Source: Mayamaea pseudoterrestris (Eukaryota). Taken from it: a DNA stretch of 64,000 bases. Below are positions 23,901 through 35,952 of the stretch, piece by piece. Within the stretch, counting starts at the first letter, position 1. Each line of letters starts with the position of its first letter. The translations under genes were made by a program, and so were the position numbers. The notes beneath the pieces were generated by a model that was not told the DNA's origin, searched no databases, and saw only the letters and a list, made by a program, of their open reading frames with translations. The stretch spans positions 2,542,001 through 2,606,000 of the forward strand of contig BROI01000002.1 in NCBI GenBank assembly GCA_027923505.1, given 5' to 3'.

Positions 23901-24037
23901 TCAACGAGATCCAACTGCGCGAAAAGTACGTAAAGGAAAAGGAGGCACCGCGGTCGGAATCACTTGGCGGTAGTGTGATGAGCAGCGGCCTTGGCTTTAT
24001 GAGTTCCGGTTTGGGATTTTTTAAAGGGAAGAACTAG
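20933..24037 (+). CDS. COG1/Vps51-like vesicle tethering subunit
   Basis: The N-terminal segment KRTELQLVLASRYRELVGSSDEVIRMK resembles the Vps51/COG1 N-terminal domain, followed by a long helical body. Confidence 0.65.
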   Translation: MHTPSSPPQRRGTVGFNPGSLPVPPLMMSSSSSLQQSQHRPTFAQNMAESMTIDEMRQLHQRALSDAEAKRTELQLVLASRYRELVGSSDEVIRMKERSQELHDLVHALPTLMEKLSKPLSMNELESKVAEEKDGNELSENAEQSICLRRVIQLRHDLSSLPRLIHRLLDKNNVHEASVQLIHLFNIIAGQSDAYPLANQLATIKPTAIPQPSSLDPSLRAQMKMVYLQMMTLPGKITRIAKRNLLRSASYGIDQSSTNDRMMTTAAARSAAALAAVNMLEHDHQTTIRATALLDIYFDSKAKLLVNILEKLSVRKDLDESLATNTSNTAIDADVVLSKIVLILQYDIVLHPHFIFCRKGFATLATLPTFETFVVQAKVSKFLAKMLPLVRSKAKSVLVNIAGTTAAALGQIRQSLYDKTDGAEVTKSLEWTDATRDLVSTRDVFQADTAAAMELQQRQFSLWSALFSATFSSLVNSLLSTVFGSVHSNVVAMLTASLANAPALASIQPHEAYRKTLQIAVHLDQALLKVSEDAHELLVHAEEREESERRLRQSLYVQTCEILGRLLHELRRMAVSKSANDADATKALIIGRLCFLLKFRLTALPKLLDAQSSPAALQHNLGMIAFVDLQSAFELADDDEDGVIRMAEALEAVDSAFSGTQFRGAEMLRETLLLDRDGSTAVDANDMEVSNTAPFNVTLHELTLLTARGLRHDSAGSASALGTVQAALDSIVAQCFSVWAKYATSDSATRFKTKMTEFVHEACTEPDMEWNRLHPISNVSHHLVGFVLDLASILNRTVCPSDSISPVPSTEYAVSLGVTVENNRIPRVMDTVRFALIHQGVFFVSLVLNQSLISSATAKPTFMNIGTLASKQLNIDLEFLKACFVERMHWERGMETQSKELSTAIDKILTHCRQIAEISSEQVGELVQGVLTGLDAWLASLLGESMAPSLSAIAATDFGFSSSSSSPIFPMPLVSSVRFNVLPVQADRSLNEIQLREKYVKEKEAPRSESLGGSVMSSGLGFMSSGLGFFKGKN

Positions 24038-24309
24038 CTGAATCTAATTGATTAAATTGCTTATTGTTGAATGTTTATTAAGAAGTGGTAATAGCGCAAA
24101 AAACAAAAGTTGGCGAACTAGGCATTGAGTAACGCTAGGACTATCAATTGCCTCGCTGCAGCCCATTCTGGAAATTGCATCTGGCCAAACCGGTAGATCC
24201 CGAGCTCATTACACCTATAATAAATTGTCCAAGACTCTCTACAAATGGGTTGCGCAAGCTCCACTGAAGTGAGTGCAATTGACGATTTATATCTGGCGTC
24301 TGACTTGGC

Positions 24310-25172
24310 ATGGAAGTTGAGGCGAGACTTGCACCTTGCACAGCTACCAACTACCAAGCGAGGAGCCTGATAGCGCGAGCGACTGGTTCCGTATCGGTGG
24401 CCTTTGTACGTCCAACCACTCATTCCTTTACACTTTCTCAATTTCAGGTTACAACGGATCCCCACACGGGCCAGCAAAAGACGAAGAAACGTCTCGGTGG
24501 CGCTTATCCGGGTCAGCGAATTCCACAGCACAGCCCATATGTTCCGCCTGCTTCTGCTTTTAACAACAACCAAGCCGTGGCGCATTTCGTGGCGTATGGT
24601 GGCGGTAATGCATTGACGCTTGTTCAGAGCGATGGAAATGCGGCTCCGCAAGTGGGAAAGTATCAGCCAGAGTATATTCAAGGTACGTTTCGTGTGACTT
24701 TTCCATTATTCGGATTTGCACGCTACGGAGTTGCAAGTCATCCCTGCAAGCTTGTTTATTAACCCTCTGTATTGCAATCACTTTTACCATGTGCCATGCA
24801 GTGACGCTTCCGGACGGAGTCATTGCGGGTCAGACAATTCATGTTCAGGCACCCGACGGAAGACTCAACGCCATCATTGTACCTCCTGGAATGGGTGCTG
24901 GATCAACCTTTACGGTGGAGTTTGCACCGCCTGAAGCAGCTGCCGGTAGTTCCTCCTCCGCTCCCTACGTTTCGTCGCCGGGACAGTCCAAATACTCTGA
25001 GCCTGCTGCTTCGACGCAGGGACCTTCAGCGGTTCCACCGCCATCGACTGGAGCTGACGATGGCTTTGCCTCTGGCTTTGGCAATGCCAGCCATCGGCCG
25101 CCCACCGCGAACGCCGTACCGTCGAACCATATGCAAAACAACTATCCGACAACATCGGCGACCTTGTATTAA
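24310..25172 (+). CDS. Hypothetical protein with a VTLP.GV..GQ.I.V..PDGR..IVPPG...G.TF.V domain and Pro/Ser-rich tail; intron 24683-24801; start uncertain
   Basis: Two ORFs are joined in frame by a GT-AG intron (EYIQ|VTLPDG). Confidence 0.55.
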
Positions 25173-25710
25173 GTCGTATGACTTGCAAACATTCGTGCGG
25201 TGTGGCTGTTGAGAGGTGAGGGAATACTGTAATTGCATCGAAAGTCAACAGGCGACAACATTAGGTGACACGTATTAAGCTGCTTTAGTTATTATCGCCT
25301 TTTTCATAAACGTTCGAATAGAAGACGGGCGGGATCTACTGCAGCGGTGGTAATCTTGATGACGAAGCAAACATAAACTAATACGGTACTGTTCTGGCCC
25401 GAGGTACGGGTTCCGGTAGTATTAGGTATAGGGTTTTCGCTTCGTCCGCGCGGGTTCATCGCGAGCGCCACCTCGTCACCGCATATCTTGCGCTTGCCTT
25501 GGCCATCCTTGCTTCTCCTTCATCCTGCAAGCTACAAGTGTTTTTTGTGTCGGCAGTAGCCAACTTTGCTGCTGGTTGCTCCAATAAATTGCTGACTCTT
25601 CCTGTGAAGTTGCTGTGGTCTTTCTCGCGGCGCTTTATCTGTTTTTTTCCCGTTCCGCTAGTGGTATTTTGCGTTCGCTGACGTGAACGCTCATTATTTG
25701 TACACCGACA

Positions 25711-28700
25711 ATGGACGCCTCGCAACTTGCTCAAGTAGAGGCCCTATGTGAAGCGCTTTACACAGGAGTCCCGGCCAATATTGATGGAGCGGCAATTTCT
25801 AGAAACGAAGCGCAGCAGCGACTCTTGTCGCTTCAATCGAGCGCGGAATATATTCCGCAGTGCCAGTACATTTTAGATCAATCGCAGTCTCAGTACGCAC
25901 GACTTGTCGCGTCGAACAGTCTCATTGAGCTCATTACAATACACTGGAATTCGTTTACTGTTCCGCAACGAATTGATATTCGCAATTACGTCTTGGGTTA
26001 CCTTGCGAACAAAGGCCCGACGTTGCAGGACTTTCTCGTGCTGTCGCTCATTAAATTGGTGTGCCGCATCACAAAGCTCGGCTGGTTTGATGATTCCGCG
26101 CATCGCGATTTAGTTGACGAAGTCACCAAGTTTCTTCAAGCAACTGTCGATCACTGTATATTGGGACTCAAGATATTGAATCAATTAGTGGACGAGCTCA
26201 ATATTCCAACTACGGGACGGACGCTTACGCAGCATCGCAAGACGAGCGTCTCTTTCAGGGATGTAAGTCTCTTAAAGGTTTTTCAAATGGGTCTTACTAC
26301 GGCAAAGCAGCTGCAGACGGGAAGCATTGGTGAGTGAATGTATATGCTACTTTAAACTTATGCAACATGTGACGATCAGTCGTTGGTCATTACTAATATT
26401 GAATCTCACTTTCTCCCTTATTTCCATGCTTCTCAGTCGCCAATCCTCGACAACAGGTTTTGCTTGGAGAGCAGGCGCTATCTTTGTGCGTGCGGTGCTT
26501 GAATTTTGATTTCATCGGTACAAATCCGGATGAATCCACAGAGGACGTTGGGACGATTCAAGCCCCAACGTCGTGGCGCCCACTGCTCTCGGACCCAGCC
26601 ACTACCGATCTGTTCTTTGGCTTTTACGCCAACACGGAACCTCCACAGTCATCAAAGGCCATGGAGGCCATTATTTTGCTCTCGTCGGTCCGACGATCAC
26701 TATTCCCTACCGATAAGGATCGTGCGGCTTTTCTTGGGCGACTGATTGTTGGTATTCGCGAAATGTTGTCTAATCGTACGGGCCTTCAACATCAGGATAA
26801 TTATCATCAGTTTTGTCGACTGCTTGGACGCCTCAAAGCCAACTACCAGCTGTCGGAGCTTGTCAAGGCTGAGGGGTATCTGGAATGGCTTGAGCTTGCG
26901 GCATCGTTTACTGTTCAGTCTGTTCAAAACTGGCAGTATAGTACCAACTCGATCCATTACTTGTTGGCGCTTTGGGCGCGTCTTGTAGCCGCTGTTCCCT
27001 ACGTCCGACCCGAGACTGGCGCCCAGGGCCATGTGCCGCATTTGGAGAAGCAAGTTCTGCTTGTGATTGAGACGTACATAGACAGTATGCTGGCATCGGT
27101 CGAGACGGTGCTTCGGAGTGATGGAGCTTTAGACGATCCATTAGACGACGAAGGATCATTGAAGGAGCAATTGGATCGGTTGCCAGTTATTTGCAGATTT
27201 CAGTATGGGGCAGTAGCGAACATGTTACTCAACAAGTTTGATCCGTTGATGAATCAATATCGTGAAGCTGTCAGTACACTCGGTTTAAACCCGACGAGTG
27301 CGGCTCCTCCAGAAATGCAGCATCGAGTCGCCGCTATCGAAGCTCAGCTGACTTGGCTCACATACATGATTGGCGCCATTGTTGGCGGGCATTCGTGGTC
27401 GTCGGCGCAAATTGCAGAAGGGGAAGAAACGATTGATGCCAGCCTCAGTCGACGCGTGCTGCAATTGTCCCAAGGCATGGACTATCGGCTAACCACGTCC
27501 AACGGAGCGGGTCGATCAGATGTTCGGCTCGAGCAAGCGATGCTTTACTACTTCCAGAATTTTCGCCGCGTCTACATGTTCATGTGGGACCAAATGTCGA
27601 GTAGCACTTCGTCCATTGGTGACGACGCCATAAGTGTTGCCGGAATGATGGCATCCAAGCTCGATTCTGCCGGAGCGACCAATAAGCAAAAAATGTATCA
27701 ACGCATGTTCGAGCATCTAGGAATGGGAGACCACACTGCAGTTGCAAATCTCATTGTGACGAAGATGGGAAACAATTTGAAGTATTGGCCCGAAGATCAG
27801 GACTTGGTAGGAAAGACCCTCGAGTTGCTCCACGACATGGCTCAAGGTTACAGTAGCTCTAAGCTTTTGCTGACGCTCGAAACTGTTCGATTCTTAGCGC
27901 GAAATCACACGGAAGAGCATTTCCCCTTCCTCACCATTCCTGCCAACACGCGCCACCGGACGACGTTTCATGCCACTTTAACCCGTCTTTTATTGTCGCC
28001 GAACGGCGAGGAGAAGCTTGGGTTGACGTTCGAGCAGTTCCTCGAGCCCATTGTCTCAAAGCTGAACCAGCTAGGAGCGCTCTCGCAGGTGGAGCTGCGA
28101 CAAGAGGCCTGCCGTCGACCATTGATTGGCGTCTTCCGTGACCTTCGTGGCATTGCAGCAAGCTTGCACAACCGGAAAACATACAGTGCACTGTTCGACA
28201 TTTTACATCCTCATTACTTACCTCTACTGGCGAAGGTTGCGAACACATGGCACGATCAAACGGATGTAATCATCAGCTTGCTGCGTTTCCTGCACGAATT
28301 TTGCCACAACAAGGCGAACCGTGTAAACTTTGATCAAAGCAGCCCAAACGGTATTTTGCTGTTTCGTTGTATGAGCGATGTGGTTTGTGCTTATGGCACG
28401 CAGCTGCTCTCGGTCCCACCGCCGTCGTTGAACGATCCGGAAATCTACAAGAAACGATATAAAGGACTTTCACTTTCTTTGAACGTGCTTAATTCCGCGC
28501 TCGGTGGAAATTACGTTTGCTTTGGCGTGTTTGAGCTGTATAACGATCGCGCACTTGACAGCGCATTGGATATTGCCCTTCGCATGGCCTTGACGGTTCC
28601 ATTGGACGACTTGAACGCATACCCTAAAGTTAGCAAAGCGTATTACAGTTTCATTGAGATTTTGTTCCGCAACCACCGAAAGACGGCTTTTGCGTTGGAC

Positions 28701-29258
28701 ACGAATGTATTCATGCAAATAATGGCAACGGTTCATGATGGTCTTCAGTCTAACGATGCGACAATCAGTGCCTTCTGCGCGAACACTATTGATCACATGG
28801 CGTCGTTTTATTTTACGAATTTAGGGAAGGACAAGCCCGAAATGATTAGTTTGGCGACGGTACGTCTCGACCCGGACGTGGACGTATCAGTAAAAGCTGA
28901 TTTTTTATATTCTCACACATTCGTTTTCCGCTTGAATTAGCATCTTGCGGCGCAACCAAATCTGTTTTCTAGTCTAACCGCAACGCTATTCAACCTCCTG
29001 CTTTATGGTCCTCCACAAAACCATTGGGCTGTCATGCGACCGATGCTCAGTCTTATGCTTGCGAGTGAGACCAGTTTTTCCCAGTACAAGGAACATTTAC
29101 TAGTATCACAATCGCCGGAGAATCAAGCGAAGTTGAACGACGCTTTAAACAAGCTCCTTGCGGATGTGAGCCGCAGCTTGGACAATGCGAACCGCGATCG
29201 GTTTACTCAGAAGCTGACTGCCTTTCGGGTCGCAGTCAGAGGTTTTTTAACGCTCTGA
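25711..29258 (+). CDS. XPO7: Exportin-7 / RanBP16-17; introns 26330-26436 and 28860-28940
   Basis: Importin-beta N-terminal domain, CRITKLGWFD, CLNFDFIGT..DES, NYHQFCRLLGRLKANYQLSEL, FDQSSPNGILLF and NRDRFTQ. Confidence 0.92.
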
Positions 29259-29467
29259 GGCATTATTACGATGCGCGGAAAGTGGGCAACAGAGCTGTTG
29301 TGGAGTTTGTCACCATGTTGGGAGGCCAATAATACTTAGAATGCACAAAGCGTAAAATAAAAGCGTACTCGTTCAACTACGCCAATAAGAAGCAATTGTT
29401 TACAGGTAGTAGGTCCTCAGTGATGAGACTAGATGCACACGATCGAACCACACCACCTTCTGTATGG

Positions 29468-30568
29468 TTAAATCTCGTCATCGTGCAGCATTTGGGAAAT
29501 TACAGACCTGCATGACTCATAGGCTGTCATGGTCACGGTTGTAGCTGGGGCAAAATGCAGAACGCGAGCTAAGGCGCCCCGAAATAGTCCTCGGATGCCT
29601 CCCTGCCGAAAGGCTTGGCGTAGGCAGTCAAAAACTCCTCGGTACGCAGGACTCGCGTTGGTTTGTAACTGTTGCTGGCTCCGCGAAACTTGTAGACGTA
29701 GCTTGGCAAGATCCAAAGGCGACGTTACCCAAGACGCTGCGGCACCCGCACCAGCACTACATATCAGTGTAGATTGAAAGCTTAGATCCGCCGTCGGCAA
29801 CGTCGCATGTAAAGCATCGTGCTCCCACGAAAGCACTCCGTGCGCTTCGTATTCCCTCGCCAGCATCTTGCATCTCTCGTAAAAGACAAAGTATAGTGCC
29901 GAGAACGGTCCAAAAGACATGAGAGTGGCAGCATAGCCTCGATACAATCCTCGCAATCCTTCGGTCTGCGAAATCTGCTTCATAGCGTCAACAGTATTCT
30001 TGTAGTACACATTTCCTTGTTGATGGAGCCGCTGCTGCACTTGCATTCGTTCCTTTATGACATCGACGGGTACATAGACAACGCATGCGATAGTTTCGGC
30101 CAGCATTCCACTCGCCAAATGCACCGCCCAGTCGGGCAGGCCTACCATATCATCACTTTGCGATGCTCGCGCACAGAGCAATCGTTCCTTGGCAATCTCG
30201 TAAGTGCTCAGATACAGGACTGTTCCGGGTGTTCCTAGCGTGACTACGACACCAAATCCTCGGTACCATCCTCGAATACCTTCCTGGAGGAAAGTTGTCC
30301 GTAGAACTTGAAAAGTGCCAGTGTATTGTGAGGGAGTTCCTCCAACTTTTGGCGACGAAGAAGCCTGGAGTTTTGCTTTTCCAGTGTCGAGAGGGTGCGT
30401 CAAGCAGCGACCAATGATTCCGGCAGCAGCAGAGCCCAATCCATTTGATAACAGAGTTTTTGAATTAAGTGACAATTCAGTGGTCATACTTTGCATGGAT
30501 GAATGAGCTCTGCGACAGTCATGGTCGCGCTCATTGGCATCGTGGTGCGTCATCGCATCGGTACTCAT
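29468..30568 (-). CDS. Mitochondrial carrier family (SLC25) protein
   Basis: Three PxDxxK motifs: HPLDTGKAKLQ, VPVDVIKERMQ and SPLDLAKLRLQ. Confidence 0.92.
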   Translation of the reverse strand: MSTDAMTHHDANERDHDCRRAHSSMQSMTTELSLNSKTLLSNGLGSAAAGIIGRCLTHPLDTGKAKLQASSSPKVGGTPSQYTGTFQVLRTTFLQEGIRGWYRGFGVVVTLGTPGTVLYLSTYEIAKERLLCARASQSDDMVGLPDWAVHLASGMLAETIACVVYVPVDVIKERMQVQQRLHQQGNVYYKNTVDAMKQISQTEGLRGLYRGYAATLMSFGPFSALYFVFYERCKMLAREYEAHGVLSWEHDALHATLPTADLSFQSTLICSAGAGAAASWVTSPLDLAKLRLQVSRSQQQLQTNASPAYRGVFDCLRQAFRQGGIRGLFRGALARVLHFAPATTVTMTAYESCRSVISQMLHDDEI

Positions 30569-30644
30569 TTAAAACCGCTACGACTATACTTGACGCGTTC
30601 CAACCATCACACAATAAATCTTCTGCCCGCGACGCGACAACACC

Positions 30645-32378
30645 ATGGGCGATGAATGGGACGATCTTTTCGCAAAGGCAGAAGGTCTTTGTTCCCGAAC
30701 AACTGCAGAAGTTAAGAATTTGGACAAGCTAAACAAAAAGCGATCGTTCGAAAGTCGAGATAGCGAAGTCTACTCCTCGTACTTGGAGGAGCGATGGAAC
30801 GTCACACCATCGTGGCCATACTATTTAGAACTGAAAGGATCGATGAATACTCGCGTAAAGTGCAGCTGCTACAATGAAGATAAAGATAGTGTATGCAAAA
30901 CTTGTGGCCAGCCAACCTGGCGTCACTGGACTAAAGTTTCTGAAGTGGAGAAGATTAGCTCGACTGCCAACTTGGTATGCACATTACGCAACGTTCGCTG
31001 TGCGGCACTCCAAGCAGCAATCACCGTCGTTCAAAATAATACGGAAGACTTTATCTCTCAGAGATGTATATGGAAGAAACTGGGTCGCCAATGGAATCGA
31101 CATTCTTCTCAATACCGCGATCCAGACATTCACGAGAAATGTCAGGCTGTCACACGCAACCTATCCCTTTGGACGAACGCAGCTGCTGCTGCATTCGGAC
31201 AAAGTCATTCAAAATTTGAAGCATCGATAAGGCTTGCGCTAGCATGTGACGCTGTATACTACAAAGTCTATTACAATCAGCTGACGAGTGCAGTGAGCGA
31301 ACGGTCAAACGTGTCGTTGCTTGTGCCGCACCCTGTTAGTTACTTCGGCTTGATCGCATCACCCTCTGCAACTCAGAAGGAACGTTTGGTGTCGAGTGAT
31401 GAGATTGATGAGTCAATTCAGCAGTTTTGGGGCTTGGAAACGATAAACGACGAGGACAAGCACCCATTGCAGGTGATCCACAAGCACCGGCATTTCGAAA
31501 CGCGATTTCTCTTTCAGCAACTTCCATTCGACTTGCCGTCTCGAGAACGACGGCTCGAGCCACATGACGCCATGGCACCCGACCTTTTAATGGATTGGAG
31601 AGACAGTTGTCGAGACTTTATTTGCCATTTGTATGCGTATGCGACAGTACCGCCCCGAGCCATTCGCCGCATCGTACAGCTCGCGCGCAAGGAGTCAGGG
31701 AATCGTGGGATCCTAGAAATCGGAGCTGGCACTGGGTACTTGGCCAAGATGCTGCGTCGTAAAGGAGTTGCTGTGGAAGCCTTTGACATGTTGCCTACCT
31801 CGGCAGAGTTGAACTCTAGCTGGAACGAGTATCACGGCCAGACTCCGCCATTTAGCTCGATCCATCAGGGCGATGAGCGCGTCGTGTCCCGCCAAGAAAA
31901 GCCCATACGACAGATCTTGCTACTTTGCTATCCACCTCCCGAGTCAAAGTTTGCCTACGAGTGTCTCAACCGCTTCATTAATGGGGGTGGATCTTGTTTT
32001 GTGTTTATTGGCGAATATAGAGGACTGACGGGTTCTTCCTCCTTCGAACGGCTGCTGGTGAAGTCATTCCGTTTAATTGACCGCATTCCCTGCTACAATT
32101 GGGGATGCGACGCTTCCTATGTCACTATATGGGAAAGAAAAACCTTATCAGATACTGCAATTGAAAAATCTCTGCTGTTACCGTGCCTTCATTGTCATCG
32201 AAACGAATCGACGAGGCGTTCTCAGCTCGTACGATTTCTTAGCTATTGCAGTCCTTCTTGCTACAACAAAGGAGAAGATTGCCGAAGTATACATTTCAAA
32301 TTAGCGAGTGTTTATCTACCGGCGGCCTCGATTCTATTTGAAGATGCAGATCACATGGCAGCAGTGGGACAAGAGTAA
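30645..32378 (+). CDS. Uncharacterised SAM-dependent methyltransferase with C-terminal MYND-like Cys/His motif
   Basis: ILEIGAGTGYLA..VEAFD, LLLCYPP and FVFIGE..GLTGS; C-terminal CLHC..YCSPSC..H. Confidence 0.7.
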   Translation: MGDEWDDLFAKAEGLCSRTTAEVKNLDKLNKKRSFESRDSEVYSSYLEERWNVTPSWPYYLELKGSMNTRVKCSCYNEDKDSVCKTCGQPTWRHWTKVSEVEKISSTANLVCTLRNVRCAALQAAITVVQNNTEDFISQRCIWKKLGRQWNRHSSQYRDPDIHEKCQAVTRNLSLWTNAAAAAFGQSHSKFEASIRLALACDAVYYKVYYNQLTSAVSERSNVSLLVPHPVSYFGLIASPSATQKERLVSSDEIDESIQQFWGLETINDEDKHPLQVIHKHRHFETRFLFQQLPFDLPSRERRLEPHDAMAPDLLMDWRDSCRDFICHLYAYATVPPRAIRRIVQLARKESGNRGILEIGAGTGYLAKMLRRKGVAVEAFDMLPTSAELNSSWNEYHGQTPPFSSIHQGDERVVSRQEKPIRQILLLCYPPPESKFAYECLNRFINGGGSCFVFIGEYRGLTGSSSFERLLVKSFRLIDRIPCYNWGCDASYVTIWERKTLSDTAIEKSLLLPCLHCHRNESTRRSQLVRFLSYCSPSCYNKGEDCRSIHFKLASVYLPAASILFEDADHMAAVGQE

Positions 32379-32427
32379 GACGATTCATTAATTACTCATG
32401 ACTACGGTACATGTCGCCAGTTAACAC

Positions 32428-35400
32428 TCAAGTGCAAGCATTCATATCAGGTTCCTTAACCAAAGCGATTTGCGCTTGGATCCGCGCCTCTGTCTGCATA
32501 ACTAAAGTCTCGAGCGCCTCCATTTGCGCTAGTACCTTCAATTGATTCCCGTCAGCTATGCGCTGCATTTCGTGCTGTAGATATAGCAACCGCCCTTGCC
32601 AAGCTTCATCACTCGCGGTCCGATTTTGCTTCTTGAAGGCTTCACCCGTCAGAGAACCGCCTAGGATACGGATGACAAGGCGCTTGATTAAGCCACCCTC
32701 CCATTCCTCGAGGACTTGGTCAAGTCGGTCATGGGCCTTGTCGCCGCCCGATGCAAGGAACAACATGATGCTTATAAACAAGGAAACGATGATAAAGATA
32801 GACAACAGTCCCATCCAAATGTTACTGGAGTCGTTTGTGTAGATACCTGAGGTCTCAGCAATGATCCAAACCACGACGACTAACAAGGACAGTCCAAAGA
32901 AGATCATAGACCCACGAGACCACCCCCAGGATGAGTAGTGAGACCACCATTGTTTATAAACTTCGTCTGGCGTTTGATCGCGGCTGCGTTTTAACAAATT
33001 TTGGAAAGAAACGAGTTCAGCAATCAGCATCACTCTGGCACGTCCAAATAACTGCCTGGATCGCAACAAACACTTCTCGTAACTGTCCGAGGCAACGGCA
33101 ATGAGTACATTTAGGAGAACCAGAACCACCATAAAACTGAATATCACCACCAAGAAAACGGAAAATACGGATGTGAAATCGGCGCGTTTAAATGAACCAA
33201 AATCACCGAGTAGAATGGCATACGTCTTGAGGTAATACTCGGACTGAGTACACACTCCTTCTCCCGATGAAGCATCGCATGCCGAGGGGACCAGCAGCGT
33301 GAAAAACATTTGCCCAAAGCATATCACTAGACAGAAAAGGATGAAAGAGAACCACATGACGTCCCGCGTGATCTGGTGATGTGATCAAGCACGACATATA
33401 AGAGTGGAAGGACGGAACCGGGGCGTCCATGCCATGCAACAGCCTGACTTACCTGAAGTATGGCCAGAACAAACGTTGCCAGCTGCATATTGATAGCCTT
33501 CAGGAAACTGAGCACGCGTAACCAAAGAAAGCCGGTAGTAATGGCATATAAGAAACGCAACCACCGGAAGACATCGTCTCCCTCCTCGAAGCTTGTAGTC
33601 GCCATGTACCCCCGGATACTAACAACACTAACCATCGACAGCAGTGTCGTCATCACATCCGACAGATTCCAGAAACCTGAATAGAACGAATTTGGGTAAG
33701 AGAACGTTAGACAAGGAGGCTATTGACCCTGAGTATCAATCGACTTCCCGCCAGCGCGCTCCATCACTTACTGTAGAAGTAGATTCTCGCCCTCCGAGTA
33801 ATCATACACAAGCTTATTGCCTTGCCCAACTCGCGAATAATAAAGTAGAATATCCCCGTGTTGGCAACATAAATCCACTTCATGACGGCGCCACTACCAT
33901 GACCCAGCAAAAGCCGGTTGACACCAGCTCTGAACCCAACAATGACAAGAAGCAAAAAGACTGCATCACAAAGAACCACCATGGCAGCAAATGGGCGGGA
34001 TATGTGATTATTAAGTACCTGCTGGACAAGATTGGTGGTTGCGGCTTCTTCGATTTGCAGATGGGATAGCGAGAGCAATGACGGAACAAAGCCAGAAAGT
34101 CGACTGACGGCGGAGTAAAGTTCTTTTTGTTGTTTGATTGTAGGATTTGCATCACCTGTCGAGAAGCGACGTTTGGAATGAATTTTTAGCTTGGATGCTC
34201 CGCGATTCATAGTATAATCGCTAGTCTCGGTCATCCCGTCCCAATGAAAGAGGTTGGCATCGGAAACGAGACGCAGATAATCCATAGCAGCTTCTGATAC
34301 ATGCTTGTTGCTGCTCTGCAGCATATCAGTCAACCACCGTCCAATAGAATATTTACTTGTCAGCACACTGTGCATGATGCGGGTCTTCAACGCCCACTCA
34401 CGCTCGTGGTCGCGATCCAGCAGAAGGACTGCTGTAATGAGAAGCGGTGTCTTGCTGGCAATGTGCTGCACTACGTTCAAACCAATTTCGGAATTATTTC
34501 CCGCCTCTCGCAATATCGTCGATACCATGATCAAAGCCACTTTGACCTTTTCCGTCAACTGCGTCGCGCAGACGTGCTCGCTTTTCGTCTTCTGCTGGTA
34601 GGAGACCAATTTTTTGAGCATCGGCGACGAAAACATGCCTTTTTCAAGATCTTTCTGCATTGGCGATGATACTTGACGGTTTGCTTTGCTAAATGGCTTC
34701 GCTGCGGTTGATGGAGTAGATGGTGACGATTGCGATGTGGAGCATTTAAAATCAACTGGTTTCGGGGGCGTTTTGATTAAGTTCCATAGCATGGATCGAC
34801 TCATAAGACTTGGTTTCAATCCTTCGTTAGATAACCTGTTAGGCTGGAGCATTTCTTGACTCCATTCCTGAAGAACCAACTGGAAAGGAACATATCCCTC
34901 GTTGTCGACTATTGTCATGGCCGATGGATGACTTTTCCAAAGCGAGTCAATAATGAATCCCTTCATTGGTTCATCTTCGAAGCTGCCAAGCGAGCCATTC
35001 ATTGACAGTACATGGAGAGGAGTACGCCCTTGGCCATCCAGAGCTGTTGCATTGGTTGTTGAAAGGTGCTGGGGTGCTTGATTCATAATGTCCCATGCTC
35101 GCGACATTTCGCAAATGGAATGAAGACGTGTCGATGGTTCCAGCTCCGAGTACGTCGGCGTAGAAGGAAGTCTCTGATCCAGCGATGAGGCGTTTGAGCT
35201 TGCACTTTTGGAAGGAGAAGTTGTATCTGTGGGACAGCCCGATGGTTGTATATCCAAGACTTGTGCTTTCTCAGCGACTTCGATCGCGTCATGTCGAATC
35301 CTCAAGCTAGAATTTTCAAAGTCTTCCGCGGCTGCACCCTCGCTTGTGTCTTCTTCGTTTGATAAAAGTACCAGATCATTGTCCATACCAGATGAACTAA

Positions 35401-35656
35401 CTGTAAACAATGGTTCCACAAACAGCGAGACACCAAGATCGGCACGACGGATAGGTGCCGTCGTCGGCCTCAGCGGTTCTAACAAATTTACATCTCTTCG
35501 GCGAGCAGTCGTTCGGCTCGGTGGAACGACAGCGAGACTCTCATCTCGCTTAACAGGACCAGAGCTCATTAAATTGGTCCCTCCCCTTGACATCACGCAG
35601 CAGAGGTTCGTTGCCGAATGGAAACCGCAGCGGACGATTTTAAATTTAAACGGCAA
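32428..35656 (-). CDS. TRP-like cation channel (ankyrin-like segment plus 6-TM ion transport domain); introns 33677-33771 and 33373-33452; start uncertain
   Basis: GRTPLHVL, SFWNLSD (S3), LWLRVLSFLK (S4), pore YAILLGDF and S6 VLVLLNVLIAVASDSYE. Confidence 0.8.
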
Positions 35657-35952
35657 CGAACAGGCTCCAGCACGCCGGCACGTAAAGTCGCACTACGACA
35701 CTTGCTACCGGCAGTTTAGTGGACGGCCAATAAAAAATAACAACCTGCCATGTTTTGTGGAGGACATGATGCGTATGTAAAAGTATACACGATCAAACAA
35801 TAATGACAATGCTTTCCCTACCGGTGACAGGGGACAGAAAATGCTGTGGCCATAAAGGGGGCTAGCAAAACGAATTAGCATAAGAGTAATAATATATGAT
35901 GCGGTGCAACTACCGGTACATCGTTCGATCTATATCATTGCTACTCCAGTGG

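Noticed and set aside
25429..25436. Telo-box-like TAGGGTTT upstream of exportin-7
   Set aside because: A single occurrence is compatible with chance.
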